A stretch of 64,000 nt of DNA, taken from sequence record NC_022096.1. One strand, written 5' to 3'. This document shows positions 35,438-44,866 of the stretch, piece by piece. The position numbers and the translations under genes are program-made. The stretch's first letter is position 1. Each line of letters begins with the position of its first letter. The notes beneath the pieces are model-generated. The model was given only the letters and a program-made list of their open reading frames with translations, was not told the origin of the DNA and made no database searches.

Positions 35438-36106
35438 TCACGCTTTCGGACGGGTCACACCCGTCTGGCCCTGGTATTTACCGCCGCGATCCTTGTACGA
35501 GATTTCGCAGTCCTCGTCACTCTCGAAAAACAGCATCTGCGCCACACCTTCGTTCGCGTACACACGCGCCGGCAGGTTGGTAGTGTTGCTGAACTCCAGA
35601 GTCACATGACCTTCCCACTCAGGTTCCAGCGGCGTCACGTTGACGATGATACCACAGCGCGCGTAGGTGCTCTTACCCAAACACACCACGAGGACGTTGC
35701 GCGGAATGCGGAAGTATTCGACCGTGCGTGCCAGAGCGAAGCTGTTCGGCGGAATCAGGATGCTGTCAGCCTTAACCGGCTGCAGGCACTTGGGATCGAA
35801 GTTCTTCGGATCAACCACTGCGCTGTTGATGTTGGTGAAGACTTCCCACTCATCGGCAGCACGCACGTCATAACCATACGACGAGTTGCCGTACGAGATA
35901 ACGTGCTGACCGTCGATGTTGCGCACTTGCGACTCTTGAAAGGGTTCGATCATCGGGCGCCAGTCACGCTGCCACTGGCTGGAAATCATCGACTCGATTG
36001 GCTCTGCCAGATTACCTTCGCCGAAGTTTCGGTTGTTCTGGAAGAACAGTTGACGGGTCGGGTGGATGCTCTTGCGAGCGATCCACTTGTCGGGTTTGAT
36101 GCTCAT
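35438..36106 (-). CDS. dcd: dCTP deaminase (with N-terminal insertion)
   Basis: [49 protein letters not shown]. Confidence 0.97.
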   Translation of the reverse strand: MSIKPDKWIARKSIHPTRQLFFQNNRNFGEGNLAEPIESMISSQWQRDWRPMIEPFQESQVRNIDGQHVISYGNSSYGYDVRAADEWEVFTNINSAVVDPKNFDPKCLQPVKADSILIPPNSFALARTVEYFRIPRNVLVVCLGKSTYARCGIIVNVTPLEPEWEGHVTLEFSNTTNLPARVYANEGVAQMLFFESDEDCEISYKDRGGKYQGQTGVTRPKA

Positions 36107-36130
36107 GTTATTCCTTTACGAATGATTAGG

Positions 36131-36571
36131 TCAGCGGTCGACGAATGGGCCGATCACCGCCTTTGGGTGGCTGATATACATTGGGTCGATCAATGACGAA
36201 TCTTCACAGGCCAGTACGTCCATGTACTGGAAGCGCAGATTGTTGCCAAGTTCGTTGTTCTCGAACACGGTGACACCACATACGGAACCGAGCATACCAC
36301 GCCAGCGCAGCGCCCGGTAACGACTGAGACGAAAGGCTGGAAACGCATGATGCAGCGAGACCAGTTCGTCAAACTTGTCCTTGGACATTTCCACGTGCCT
36401 GAGTCTGACACGTCCACACTCGTTCTTCAACGCTTGTCGCTGCCCGTGAGTACGGAAAGCCCTGACAAGAATATCTGCCGCATCTTCGTGGTGCTTCTGG
36501 TTGAACCGTAGCTCAACCTGGACAGTATTACTGCTTACGTCCATACGTACCGCCATGTTCGATTTCCCCAT
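36131..36571 (-). CDS. hypothetical protein
   Basis: 146 aa. Confidence 0.6.
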   Translation of the reverse strand: MGKSNMAVRMDVSSNTVQVELRFNQKHHEDAADILVRAFRTHGQRQALKNECGRVRLRHVEMSKDKFDELVSLHHAFPAFRLSRYRALRWRGMLGSVCGVTVFENNELGNNLRFQYMDVLACEDSSLIDPMYISHPKAVIGPFVDR

Positions 36572-36574
36572 TTG

Positions 36575-36835
36575 TCAGTTCTTCACAGTTTCGCTGACTG
36601 CCTTCTTATTGGCACAGTACAGCTCATACTTCCGAAGTTGTTCCAGCGCATTTTCGTAGCTAACCTTCTCGCCGATGGACTTCGTGTATTTCTCACGGAA
36701 GACGCAATGGCTTTCACCGACCACCGGAAAGCCTCCAACGGTCAGTGTGCAGACCGTGGTGGTGCCACGGTACTGGAAGGTTGTGTTCTCGATGAGACCA
36801 AGCAAGTAGTCCCTTGTTATCAGCTTTGCATCCAT
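36575..36835 (-). CDS. N4 Gp49/Sf6 gp66 family protein (PF13876-like; candidate Acb4-type sponge)
   Basis: TTVCTLTVGGFPVVGESHCV...SIGEKVSYENAL...YELY. Confidence 0.7.
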   Translation of the reverse strand: MDAKLITRDYLLGLIENTTFQYRGTTTVCTLTVGGFPVVGESHCVFREKYTKSIGEKVSYENALEQLRKYELYCANKKAVSETVKN

Positions 36836-39294
36836 TTTTGTGTACTCTCGTTGAACTCTGTGGCGTTCCCGTTTGTCACGTCACCTGCTGCTATTGGCTC
36901 ACCCGGGAACTGGAACGGGAAGTTCCACTTATCCACAGCAGTTGCGAGCTTAGCACCCATTGAATAATAGGTGGCCCATGTGACCAAGTCCTTAGAGGTA
37001 GTTACGTCGTGATACTCGCCGTAGTCAACGATGCGTTCGACCGAATCAACAACAGGTGTGATGGTCGGGTCGCCAAACGTGAAGGCAATGTCCCGAGCGA
37101 GGTCGGCTTGGGCGCGGTCCGTCAGTCCAGAGTCAACGAGCAGTTCGTTGCGTCCGTACATCAGGCCTACTTCTGCCGCCAGCTTACCCAAGTCCGAGAC
37201 TTGTGTAGCTGCTTCTGTGGGAGATACATGTCCGAAGGTGTTGATGTATGCGCGGGCTCCTTGTTCTACCAAGAGTTTGGCTGGATCGGTTTCACGCGAC
37301 CAGCGTTCGATATTGCGTGCGGTCTGATACGGATGGATCAGGATGTTGCGTCCGTCGTAACCCATACCGGTTGCACTGTACAAGAACGAGCCGCCAGCTT
37401 TAAGCAGCGGGTTCTCGATCACTTCCAGCTGTATGGGCAGCGGGACGGTGACAGTGCTCGGACTGATGCCGGCAGCACGCAGGTCATCGGCCCAAAGACC
37501 ACCATTCAGCACGTCGCCTACAATGGCACCTGCATTCACCCTACGTCCAGATGCGGCTGACACAATGTTGTGCATACGCACGCCAGTGATGTCGCTGCCG
37601 ATGTTCGTCACTCGGTTGATCGCGGTGTTCTTCAGGTACTCTGGGTTGTTGCGGTAACGCTCAATCTGGCGAGCAATTGCAACCGGATCGTTCTGGTTAC
37701 CTGCGATACCCTTGATGAAGTCGGCCGCGTACTTCTTGAGCGTCATGTACCCGTCGAGTGTGCCAGTGCCGTTGCTGTTTACCAGTTGGTTGCGCAACGG
37801 GCCTTGCGACTGTGCGAACTGGGCAACCGAGTTGCGCAGCTTGTCCTGTGTTGCGAACAGATTGCTCGGAACACCAGAGCGGTCGATCGGGTTCACAGGG
37901 ACAATCGGGTTCTTGTTCCCGAATTCCTTGAGAGCGTTGAGCGTGTTCGATGCGCCCTGCGCAGCAGGCACGGCCTTGGGCGTTGCCGTCGATACAGCAG
38001 GCGGCGTAGCCACGGTTGTCTCAGCCTGTGCCACCTGCTCTTCGGCGAGGTTGATCGGGCCGTTGTTTGCCTTAGCGTTCTGCTGGCTGCTCGATTTCTC
38101 AGCACCTGCTGCACTGCTTTCGCCTGTCTCCATGACAGCGGGACGGTACAGGTAGTAGATTTCGCTGTACTTGTGACCAGCTTTGATCCACATGGTCTTG
38201 CCGCCAATCAACCATTTGCCACCGAGCGCCTTGGAAGGCTTGAACTCTTGGTTGTCTTGGTCAGCGTGTTGATACTCGCAGCAGTCGAACGTGGTGACTT
38301 CCGTGTACTCATCGGACAGCAGGTTGATGCGCTCGCTGAACAGCGCCAGATACCGAGCGTTCTGGTACAACGCCTTCTCGTAATACTGGTGCAAGTTGGA
38401 TGCAGGCGCAGGTTCAGTGCCTGTGTCGAAGCCAGTGTAGTTGACCTTGGCGCCACGTTCTGCGACTTGGCCGCGCACGTCCTCGTTCACAGGAAGCGCC
38501 GAACCCAGCAGAGGAGCGTCCAGTGTCAGGGTGTTCAACTGGCCGCTGTTATTCAAGCTGTGCTCGTACTGCTTCTGACCGTAGTTCATCATGTGCGTGC
38601 CGAAGCCCGCGGACGACGCATCCTGAGTTTCGCGGATCACGACCGGAGTAGCTTTCGCTGCCTCTTCGGACGTGTTCTGCAACATGCTCCACTTCGGCTC
38701 TTTCTTGAGCACGTCGAACAAATCCTTGTACTTCAACTCGTAGTCCATGGTGACCAAGCGCGCCATGCACGTCTGGTTGCTGCCATAGCCGCGCATCGCC
38801 ACGTCTTCGCTGAACGCGCTGCGAGTTTTGTTGACGTTCAACCACGTCATCACGTCATCCGTGGACGTAGGTCCGTCGTACTTCAACCCGGCGCGAGCGG
38901 CGAGCTGCCCCATGACAGAGCTGCTGGTGCCGCGGAACGATTCGGTGAACACACCTGCTGTCCACTTGGGTGCGTCGAGAATGCACGTCACCACGAGCTT
39001 TGGACCTGCTGCCGTCGTCTCTTTCTTGAAGGAGAACACCCTGAACTTGCGGGTCACCGTCTTCTCACGGGTCTTGGCGAGCTTGATCGTAACCAGCGTA
39101 CCATCCTGCAGGTTCATATCCTCGGACAGGGTGCCGCGCTGATCGTTCAGGATCATTTGCAGCACCGGAATCGGGATAGCGAACCCGTCTTGGATGAAGA
39201 TGGTGTCCACGAAGTTCATCGTCGGAGGGACTCTCGATCCCTCAATATCTAGCGTGCAGTACGCGATGTTCTGCACATCCAATGTCGCTTCCAT
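36820..39294 (-). CDS. baseplate hub/tail structural protein
   Basis: 824 aa at the end of the tail operon; N-terminal gp27/GpD-like organisation (IPIPVLQMILNDQRG); assignment positional. Confidence 0.6.
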   Translation of the reverse strand: MEATLDVQNIAYCTLDIEGSRVPPTMNFVDTIFIQDGFAIPIPVLQMILNDQRGTLSEDMNLQDGTLVTIKLAKTREKTVTRKFRVFSFKKETTAAGPKLVVTCILDAPKWTAGVFTESFRGTSSSVMGQLAARAGLKYDGPTSTDDVMTWLNVNKTRSAFSEDVAMRGYGSNQTCMARLVTMDYELKYKDLFDVLKKEPKWSMLQNTSEEAAKATPVVIRETQDASSAGFGTHMMNYGQKQYEHSLNNSGQLNTLTLDAPLLGSALPVNEDVRGQVAERGAKVNYTGFDTGTEPAPASNLHQYYEKALYQNARYLALFSERINLLSDEYTEVTTFDCCEYQHADQDNQEFKPSKALGGKWLIGGKTMWIKAGHKYSEIYYLYRPAVMETGESSAAGAEKSSSQQNAKANNGPINLAEEQVAQAETTVATPPAVSTATPKAVPAAQGASNTLNALKEFGNKNPIVPVNPIDRSGVPSNLFATQDKLRNSVAQFAQSQGPLRNQLVNSNGTGTLDGYMTLKKYAADFIKGIAGNQNDPVAIARQIERYRNNPEYLKNTAINRVTNIGSDITGVRMHNIVSAASGRRVNAGAIVGDVLNGGLWADDLRAAGISPSTVTVPLPIQLEVIENPLLKAGGSFLYSATGMGYDGRNILIHPYQTARNIERWSRETDPAKLLVEQGARAYINTFGHVSPTEAATQVSDLGKLAAEVGLMYGRNELLVDSGLTDRAQADLARDIAFTFGDPTITPVVDSVERIVDYGEYHDVTTSKDLVTWATYYSMGAKLATAVDKWNFPFQFPGEPIAAGDVTNGNATEFNESTQKWMQS

Positions 39295-39295
39295 G

Positions 39296-39631
39296 TCAGA
39301 TGCTCACTATGCGATTGCCTGTGGGCTGTTCGGAAAGAATTCCGTTGAGGGCCGAAACAACCAGGGCGAGGTTCGGAATCTTTAGTCGCATGCCTTCCTT
39401 GACAGCGAACATGTCGGCGATGTCGTTGTAAATCTGGATGACTCGCCAGTATTCCTCGTTGAGGTAGGCGTTGTACGCGATCAAAGGCAAGTTGAACTGC
39501 TCACCAGCCTTGACCGTGTAATACTGGAACGAAGTTACGCCACGAATAGCCTCGAAAGACTTGTCGCGCAACGGGTCCACGCCAAACTCATCGATGACAG
39601 CAAAGGTTCGGGCGCGTGTGATGTCAGCCAT
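39296..39631 (-). CDS. baseplate wedge / tail X (LysM-like) protein
   Basis: YTVKAGEQFNLPLIAYNAYLNEEYWRVIQIYN...EGMRLKIP. Confidence 0.7.
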   Translation of the reverse strand: MADITRARTFAVIDEFGVDPLRDKSFEAIRGVTSFQYYTVKAGEQFNLPLIAYNAYLNEEYWRVIQIYNDIADMFAVKEGMRLKIPNLALVVSALNGILSEQPTGNRIVSI

Positions 39632-40377
39632 TAAGCACCTCCACCAGCACCAGCGCCACCACCAAGAGAAGGAGCGAAGAATCGATCCAAGTCCTCCTGC
39701 GTTGTGGTGAAGAAGCTGATCACCGAGACGTTGATGGTCACGCCGATCGGATTACCTTCTCGGTCGAACTGGGTATCGAACGTCTCCGTCACGTTGTCGA
39801 TAATGCACGGTGACATCGTGAAGAACTGGCCGATGTTTACCGTAATCATATCGCCAGCTACGCCACCCGAATTCGGGGCACGCATGTACGGACCGGGCGC
39901 TCGCAGGAATTGCCCAGCGTATTCACTAGGCGCAACCAGCTTCATCAGGTCACGCATCTTCTTGACGACCTCTTCGCGCGGATTCTCATACGCCTGAATG
40001 ACGAATGGGATGTCCAGCTTCATCATCGAGCCGCCAGTCCACACGCCGCCCGACAGCCACTTGTTCAGAGTGGTGAAGCCGGTTGCCGCAGTTACGCCCG
40101 TAGACGCAATGTCAGCAGCTTTACCCGGAAGACCACCTGCACCTGTAGCGAAGTTGGACAGAGGTTGGTTGAACGGGTTATCCCACGACGTTGCAAGCGA
40201 GAGCATGTAGTTCTCAGGCAAGGGAGTGTCGATGCGGAGAAACTCCGCACCATCACGTTGCACGATTAGCTCTGCCCGATAGATCGGTGGGACGTTGGGT
40301 TTGACTGCACCTACGCGACCTGCGGGGTTTTCCGCAAAGAGCAACGTAGGCGAGTGCATACTTCCAATTTCTGCCAT
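39631..40377 (-). CDS. baseplate tail-tube initiator-like protein
   Basis: 248 aa after tape measure; PCIIDNVTETFD...GNPIGVTINV. Confidence 0.55.
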   Translation of the reverse strand: MAEIGSMHSPTLLFAENPAGRVGAVKPNVPPIYRAELIVQRDGAEFLRIDTPLPENYMLSLATSWDNPFNQPLSNFATGAGGLPGKAADIASTGVTAATGFTTLNKWLSGGVWTGGSMMKLDIPFVIQAYENPREEVVKKMRDLMKLVAPSEYAGQFLRAPGPYMRAPNSGGVAGDMITVNIGQFFTMSPCIIDNVTETFDTQFDREGNPIGVTINVSVISFFTTTQEDLDRFFAPSLGGGAGAGGGA

Positions 40378-43300
40378 CAGATATACCCCGTCTGGAGAAG
40401 TACCAGACCAGAATCGCTAATGACCGCAGGTGCGTCGTCCAGCGTCTGACGAATCGAGTTACCCTCAGATACGCCGCGCGCGGAGATACGCTCACCTGCA
40501 GGCTTAAAGCGATCAGGCATCATGGTATTTTGTTGTTTAGGCTCAAGCGCCATGACCGTCTTCACCGGCTCGTACGGAGTGCGCTCAACGGGCTCAGCGC
40601 TACCACCGACAGAGGTCACAGGACTAGGCGTTGCTGCTGCGGCTGTCGAAACAGCACCAGCGGGCACAGGTGCGGAAAGCGCACTCGCCTGCGGCGAAAC
40701 ATCTGACCCTGTGTAGAACCCAGGGTTGGCTGGGCTGTTCAATGGGACATTCTGTGACGACGCAGGCGCCGTAACAACTGGAGAGTTGGCTTGTGACGAC
40801 GGCAGCTGGGGCTTGTCCGCAGGGTTTGCAACTGGTGCGGTAGCCACGTCCGATGTAGTCTGCGAAGACAACGGAGACTGGTAGTTGGCAAACGGCACTG
40901 GAGGCGTCGAATTGATACCCTTACCGTTACCAGACATCGCAGAGTCGATTTGCGCCTGCGCACCAGCATACCCGGAAGCAATCTCGGACGCCCAGCCTTC
41001 AGGCAATCCCATACCTGCAATACCGCTCGCAACGCCTGCAACTGCACCAGCAACCTTGGACAACATACCGCTGCCGGTCTGCGTCGTTTGTGCTGCCAGA
41101 TTCGTCACATTGGGTACAGCAGGCATTGCAGAAGACACAGCACTCGTGGCCGCTGCCGTAGTCGCAAGCGCGGCAGCCGTCGTAGACATTGCTTGGTTTG
41201 CATCCGCCACGATTGGCTTAGCAGCATCCGCAGCGATCTGAGCAGCTTGTGTCGTTGCATCGGCGACGTTGACACCTGTGTCGGTTGCCTGAGTCGTCTT
41301 ACCTGTTGCCTGGTTCACCGCAGTTGCGACTGTGTTGCTGATCTGGTCTGGCGTAAGTGGCTTGTCGGACTGCACAGTAGCCGTCACTGGCTTGATCGAC
41401 GCAGCAGCTTGCGTGGCTGTTTGTCCAGAGTCGTTCGCCGCCATTGGGAAAACTAGAGGCGTTGTAGGTACAACGGATGCACCGGACACTGGAGCGTTTG
41501 CTTTGGCTGCTTCCGCTGCTGCCTGCTCTTCCGGGGTACCCGCGGCTGCATCATAGATTGCACCACCGGCTTCGGAACCTCCCCAGTACCCGAGGGCGCC
41601 ACCACCAAGACCTCCGATGAATCCGCCGATAGCCGCACCCGGGACAGCACCCACTCCGAAGAAGAAGGAGCCAATGCCGGCACCAAGGGCAGCACCGCCT
41701 GCGGCACCCGCCTTAGCACCAACAATCATACCGGCTGTGCCACCAGCAAGCTCACTGCCAGCGCGCTCTTTCTCGGCACGGGTGGCCTCTTCGTCCATCA
41801 GGATAGAAGCGCCTTCTGCTGCGGTGATAGCAGGCCCAACGTATGGGATTGCCTTACCGACGGTCCTAGCTGTGCCTTTAAGCAAGCCCTTGCCTGCGCC
41901 CTTCTCAGCAGCTTCTAAAACAGGAGCAGCCGCGGACGAAGCAGGCGTTGGCGTAACGCGCGGAGCCTCCAGATCAATCTTCGGAGGTGTCCGCGTCCGA
42001 GTCATGAAGTCGCCTGGGCCACCTACCCCGTCATCCGGAAGGGCGCCTGCTTCGGCAGTCGTCTCATCCGATTTCATCGGAGCGAGTAGCGGTGGGACAG
42101 TGGGTGTGGTGCTTGTTACTTCACCTGCAGGCTTCATCGGGGCGAGCATCGCCGGCACTTGCGGTGTCGTAGTAGAAGGATGACTAGCAGCCGCAGCTTG
42201 CGTGCCTGTCACACCCTCAGCGCCAGTCAGCGCTTCCTGTTTCTTCTCATCCTCACCATTCGCTTTGGCTTGCAGCTCTTGCGTGTTCAACGCCAGCAGC
42301 TTCGCCTTCTCCCGAGCTGTGCGGTTAGCAATCGACTGCTGTACGTTAGGTGCCGAGGATCGGAAATACTGACCGACTGTTGCGCGCTTGTAGTCCTGCA
42401 CGGCGATGATCAGGTCAGCATCGCTCATTCCAGCGACGTTTTTCCCTTTCAAAGCGTTGGCGATAATCGAGGTGCTACCGCCATACTGCACGCCTGTCGA
42501 GTACAGCATTTCCTGCACAGCCTTGCCGCGCGTGGACATATCGACACCGGTCGAACGGCTAACCTTCTCCAGCTGCGGCTGATAGTGCGTACGGGCAATG
42601 TAGTCGCCCTGCGCCTTCTCAAAGCCGGCTGCGTCGCGCTGTGCGATTTCACGGTACTTCTGCGTGAACTGGGCACTACCCGGCTGCATGCCTGCAAACT
42701 CGGCTGCATACTTCTGCCCTTCTTGGGAGTTCAGGAAGCGCGACATACTGCCGTTACGCGAAGCCAGCTGGTGCTTGCCATAAGACACGCCACCATGATC
42801 GCCCTTGCCGGACGAGACAGTGAACACGCCTTTGTTACCTGACTCTTCGGAAGCACTGATGCTGCCGAGACCGGAGTAGTTGACCGTACCAGACAGTACA
42901 GGGTTGTATCCGTAGTCGTTCTGCTTGCCTGCGGGGGTCGGGAACACACTGCCCTGAGAGGACTGAGAGGTCCAACCAGTGGGCATGTACGCGCCACCCG
43001 AGTACGGGTTGTACATCTGGTTCGCGTAGTGCTGCCACGGAACATTGCTACCCATACCGCCCATGGCACCCAACATGTGGGCACCGCCATTCATGGCTTG
43101 GCGCTTCGGGTCTATATCGGAGCCTTCTTCCTCGTCTCCAGTGATCCAGTCCCAAAGTTCGCTACCGCCATACGCTACACCGCCGAGCAGCGCTGCGATG
43201 GCTGCGGCTTTACCTCCGCGAGGCAGTTTGATGCGCGAACCAGCACCACCGCCTCCGATGCGAGCTTTGATCTTGTCCCACATACCTGGGGAACCAGCGC

Positions 43301-43907
43301 GACCACTGCGGCCAGTCCTACCACTGCGACCCCCACGGCCGCTGCGACCTCCGCGCCCACCGCGGCGATTTCCACGACCGCCGAGCAAGTCACCTAGACC
43401 ACCACCGAGGCCACCGAACAGATCACCAAGGATGCTGCCCATCTTGTCGATCATGCCGTCTTCAGGAGTGCCGAAGTACGGATCGTTGGCTTCACCTTTG
43501 GCAAACTGCTGGTAGTTCGGGCTGAGCTTGTTCTGCTCCTTGGTCAGCAACTGCAGGATTTGCTCCATGGTCTGATGGACCTGGCGCATCGTCATTGCTT
43601 GCTGCTTGGCCAGACCTGCCTGTTGGTGCATCAGCTTGGTCTGTTGGTTGGCAGCATCCAGTTGCTTATCACCGGTGAGCGCTGCACGCTGTTGCGTCTT
43701 GAGCGCCTGTGTAGCCTGATTCGATGCTTTGACCGTATGCTCTTGGCGCTTAGAGTACGAACCAAAGACGGCGCCACGCTTACCTTTGCTGGATGCGTTG
43801 CGAACGTCAACAACGTCTTTCTGATCGTAGGACATATCCTGCATCAGGTCAGACGACTGCTGGAACTTCTCCTGCACGCCTTTCATTTTCTCAAGTGCGG
43901 ACGCCAT
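40377..43907 (-). CDS. tape measure protein with muramidase-like (VgrG3-CTD-like) domain
   Basis: 1176 aa; helical N-terminus, GLGSISASEESG...GDHGGVSYGKHQL, glycine zipper, Ala/Thr-rich C-terminus. Confidence 0.75.
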   Translation of the reverse strand: MASALEKMKGVQEKFQQSSDLMQDMSYDQKDVVDVRNASSKGKRGAVFGSYSKRQEHTVKASNQATQALKTQQRAALTGDKQLDAANQQTKLMHQQAGLAKQQAMTMRQVHQTMEQILQLLTKEQNKLSPNYQQFAKGEANDPYFGTPEDGMIDKMGSILGDLFGGLGGGLGDLLGGRGNRRGGRGGRSGRGGRSGRTGRSGRAGSPGMWDKIKARIGGGGAGSRIKLPRGGKAAAIAALLGGVAYGGSELWDWITGDEEEGSDIDPKRQAMNGGAHMLGAMGGMGSNVPWQHYANQMYNPYSGGAYMPTGWTSQSSQGSVFPTPAGKQNDYGYNPVLSGTVNYSGLGSISASEESGNKGVFTVSSGKGDHGGVSYGKHQLASRNGSMSRFLNSQEGQKYAAEFAGMQPGSAQFTQKYREIAQRDAAGFEKAQGDYIARTHYQPQLEKVSRSTGVDMSTRGKAVQEMLYSTGVQYGGSTSIIANALKGKNVAGMSDADLIIAVQDYKRATVGQYFRSSAPNVQQSIANRTAREKAKLLALNTQELQAKANGEDEKKQEALTGAEGVTGTQAAAASHPSTTTPQVPAMLAPMKPAGEVTSTTPTVPPLLAPMKSDETTAEAGALPDDGVGGPGDFMTRTRTPPKIDLEAPRVTPTPASSAAAPVLEAAEKGAGKGLLKGTARTVGKAIPYVGPAITAAEGASILMDEEATRAEKERAGSELAGGTAGMIVGAKAGAAGGAALGAGIGSFFFGVGAVPGAAIGGFIGGLGGGALGYWGGSEAGGAIYDAAAGTPEEQAAAEAAKANAPVSGASVVPTTPLVFPMAANDSGQTATQAAASIKPVTATVQSDKPLTPDQISNTVATAVNQATGKTTQATDTGVNVADATTQAAQIAADAAKPIVADANQAMSTTAAALATTAAATSAVSSAMPAVPNVTNLAAQTTQTGSGMLSKVAGAVAGVASGIAGMGLPEGWASEIASGYAGAQAQIDSAMSGNGKGINSTPPVPFANYQSPLSSQTTSDVATAPVANPADKPQLPSSQANSPVVTAPASSQNVPLNSPANPGFYTGSDVSPQASALSAPVPAGAVSTAAAATPSPVTSVGGSAEPVERTPYEPVKTVMALEPKQQNTMMPDRFKPAGERISARGVSEGNSIRQTLDDAPAVISDSGLVLLQTGYI

Positions 43908-43918
43908 GATGCCTTCCT

Positions 43919-44866
43919 TTATGCCAAGGGCTTGAAGCCGTTCTTCCGCTCAGCGGCGTCACGTCTGTCCTTGGCAAGGCTGCTGTAGTTGAACAGGAAG
44001 AGCTTGGCAGGCATGTTCATGTCGAACGGCATACCGAACTCTGACAGCAGGTTGTATTGGATTTTGAAGATGTCCTCTTCCGTGTTGTCGGCGAAGAACG
44101 AAAGGATGTGCGGTGCTGTTTGGTGCTCCCAGCGATGGTCGCAAACACGGCAGCGCAGGTTCATAACCTCGATCACACCATGATGGTAGCGCTTTCTGCA
44201 TTCTTGGATGCGCTCATACAGGTCGTTATCCCGCATGTTCAGCAGATACACCATCTTGGCACGGAACGTCGAACCTTTCTTTACCCAACGCGCGCACTCA
44301 GCCATGTGGCGGTCGTGCGGGTTTTCTTCAACGTGCATGTGGAAGTCAGACATTGTGGCGACACGCGGAAAGTCGATGTCGTCGTATGGCAGATACAGGT
44401 CGTCATCATCCAGACTGACAATCTTCGTGCGATACGCCTGCACCGTCTCCACGTTGTTCGTTTGGCACACCTCAAGCTCGATGCCTTTGAGAGCCATGTC
44501 TCTCGGGCTTAGCTTTGGTCCACGCCAGAAGTCGCGCCCTTTCTTGTAGACAAGGTTCTCCTTCATGCACTTCCAATTGACCTGCAGGGGAGCTTTTGGA
44601 TAGCTGTGCATCCGCAACCATGCCAGCAGAAACTCGAAGTCGCCGTCGGTCAGTTCTCCAACTGGGACTGTACAGCAGTGCTGCACGGCACGGACTATAT
44701 GCTCGATTGGCTTGGTCCGACTGTGCATACCAATGTACAGGAGCTTCAACTCGGCGAGCGTGAACTCGCGGACGTATAGCTCCTTGAATCCGTACGGCGT
44801 GAATCCTGTAGGCAAGTCTCCGATGTTGACGAAACGCACGTCCAACGCGGGAGGCTGCATCGTCAT
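43919..44866 (-). CDS. baseplate hub/tail assembly chaperone (T4 gp26-like), paralog A
   Basis: DLPTGFTPYGFKELYVREF, CRVCDH; directly upstream of tape measure. Confidence 0.6.
   Translation of the reverse strand: MTMQPPALDVRFVNIGDLPTGFTPYGFKELYVREFTLAELKLLYIGMHSRTKPIEHIVRAVQHCCTVPVGELTDGDFEFLLAWLRMHSYPKAPLQVNWKCMKENLVYKKGRDFWRGPKLSPRDMALKGIELEVCQTNNVETVQAYRTKIVSLDDDDLYLPYDDIDFPRVATMSDFHMHVEENPHDRHMAECARWVKKGSTFRAKMVYLLNMRDNDLYERIQECRKRYHHGVIEVMNLRCRVCDHRWEHQTAPHILSFFADNTEEDIFKIQYNLLSEFGMPFDMNMPAKLFLFNYSSLAKDRRDAAERKNGFKPLA

Noticed and set aside
35954-36073. Intein or intron in dcd
   Set aside because: Only 34 codons, in frame, without Cys/Ser start or His-Asn end, and no group I/II features seen.
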